DNA of 63,996 nucleotides, the filler included, from Phoronis australis (taxonomy: Eukaryota > Animalia > Phoronida), in the NCBI GenBank assembly GCA_002633005.1. It is 10 parts of 10 records of this genome, joined end to end, with 100 filler letters (N's around TTAATTAATTAA, not from the genome) between each part and the next. Parts side by side here need not be neighbours in the genome. Positions count along the whole stretch, not along the records: positions 61,213 to 63,996 come from NMRA01003425.1; 9 more parts are not named here. One strand, given 5' to 3'. The translations under genes and the position numbers were made by a program. Positions within the stretch are counted from its first letter, which is position 1; the number at the start of each line of letters is the position of its first letter. Positions 62,382 through 63,996 of this stretch are shown here, one piece after another. Below the pieces are notes generated by a model. The model was not told the DNA's origin. It saw only the letters and a program-made list of their open reading frames with translations, and searched no databases.

Positions 62382-63239
62382 GTAAGTTCAGCGCTATGGG
62401 TTATATGAATAGGTTTTAAAGCCTATCTTGAATGGTAACACCTGTAAATTTGGTTCCTATAGTATGTTAAGAGCATCGCTCTGAGCCCACTTATAGTGCC
62501 ATAAATTGCCAAATGTAATGAACTGTTAGGCATATTGGCTTGCTTTTGTGTATGTGACCACGAGAATCGCAGTTTTATTCAAACAGCTGCGAATAACACT
62601 CGCACGCAATTGTGTTCTATTCAGACCCCTATTCAATACAACCTTTTGTTGTTTGTGCTGGGATCTCGCGGTGACGCAACATGGCGCAAAAAGGCAGCTT
62701 CACTTATCATTTGACAGGCTTACATTTGGGTGATTGAACTTGCGTTTTCTTATTTTACTAACTTAAGGCTTTGCTTGGACTATCTGGTTAGTTGAAGTTA
62801 GGCTTTCTATGAGTTTGCAGCCATATTGTGTAATGCATACTGGGTAACAACAATGACATCTTGCAATCACACTTTTCGTTTGCACTATTAGGTATTGCTT
62901 AGTTACAATGCCTATTGTTTCATTCAAAAGTATTACAAGTAAACGATCTCCACACTAAAGAGTGAACAGACATTTATTTAAACGGAAAATACAGAAGTGT
63001 TGGTAATAAATGGTGATAATTTGCTATTTTTCATTAAAATGATGGAAAACCAAAGCTACATGTTGTCGAAGAGCAATTGAGTTGGTTTATTATTACAAAT
63101 CACGTAGCTGTGATACGGACAGTTTTTGCACATGAACTTCTTCAATTACCTTTTTTCTGACGCAGGTGTGCTTTAGGGCAAAAAGTATTTTGTGAAGGTA
63201 ATGTGACAACTCATCCAGTCTTTCTTTCGTTCCTTACAG

Positions 63240-63358
63240 CCAGAACCCATCCAAGTTTACTGCCCAGTGCGTGCGTCAGATCACACAGTGCTGGCCTTTT
63301 GTTGAATTCCTCTCCGTTGGTGGTCCTAGTGTTGACCTTGCCAGTCTTACTGCTGTTG
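63240..63358 (+). CDS. FBXO41: F-box only protein 41-like exon
   Basis: QNPSKFTAQCVRQITQCWPFVEFLSVGGPSVDLASLTAV (cf. QQPTRFSNRCLQMIGRCWPHLRALGVGG). Phases match both neighbouring exons. Confidence 0.85.
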
Positions 63359-63838
63359 GTACGTGTAGGGGTTGCATGGTGCGTTTGACCTAACGAAAAT
63401 TGACGCGACGTGACATGATGTGTTTAGCCGGCCATTCACATATGGCGAGGCGTGATTAAGTGTTTGGCCAAAACCACGCTTGCACGCTCACATAGATATC
63501 CTTATTGAATCAGTTGTACTATTGAAACGATTGCTTACGCCTCGAAGCCGCTTTGCATTTAGGTGTGCTATGGACATGGAGCAATCTGATTGGGCACAAC
63601 TAGCTCTTCCTCAAAAACCTGTAACACATGGAAAATTTCTGTTTACACGTCGAATAGTTGTGCTGCGCTTGTTTGCACCGTGATCAAAGAACATTGCTAA
63701 AAATATGAGCATTTATTATAGCAAAAATAATAGGGCTTTTATAAAGTGGGAAATTGACAATTTTAGCAGTATTGGGGTTTGTAAACTGGGGGAATTTTTG
63801 CCAATGATTTGTTGCAGTTATTAGTTTTATTCTTCTAG

Positions 63839-63996
63839 CTAAAAGCTGTCAGAATCTGAGAGAGCTGCACCTATGGAATGTGCCTAAGGTAACTGTGCAG
63901 ACAATTAAGTCCGTCCTGACATCTGGTGGTGGCCTGAAGAGCTTACACACCCTGAAGATGGCGTCCACGGCAGTGGAGCCAGCAGCTTTGGTGCTG
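63839..63996 (+). CDS. FBXO41: F-box only protein 41-like exon, runs off window
   Basis: (A)KSCQNLRELHLWNVPKVTVQTIKSVLTSGGGLKSLHTLKMASTAVEPAALVL (cf. ARNCMRLQVLEL...GLKGLEMLVLTATPVTPKALL). Confidence 0.82.

Overview
This is an AT-rich, intron-containing animal genome window, most consistent with a marine invertebrate. It is not one contiguous locus: nine identical 100-nt linkers (44 N + TTAATTAATTAA + 44 N) join ten separate sequence pieces. The first piece (1-23032) holds a near-complete 11-exon mitochondrial acyl-CoA thioesterase gene (ACOT9, + strand). It lies head-to-head with the 5' exons of mitochondrial methionyl-tRNA synthetase (MARS2, - strand). Later pieces carry gene fragments: an ankyrin-repeat exon, an IL-17/cystine-knot-like terminal exon, a GH9 cellulase exon, Ig-domain exons, a VWC terminal exon and three FBXO41-like exons. 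Most of the remainder is transposable-element derived: pogo/Tc-mariner, Kolobok, PIF/Harbinger, hAT, CACTA and Helentron-type non-autonomous elements, L2/CR1-type LINE fragments, an LTR, a tRNA-derived SINE head and a 5'-inverted Penelope element with a hammerhead relic. I found no clearly new biological system. The best leads are the compact MARS2/ACOT9 promoter with a transposon-TIR-like core, the broken MARS2 N-terminus, nested TE insertions with in-window empty-site controls, and a Spin/Ssty-like exon inside ACOT9 intron 1. All homology calls come from recalled motifs, not database searches.
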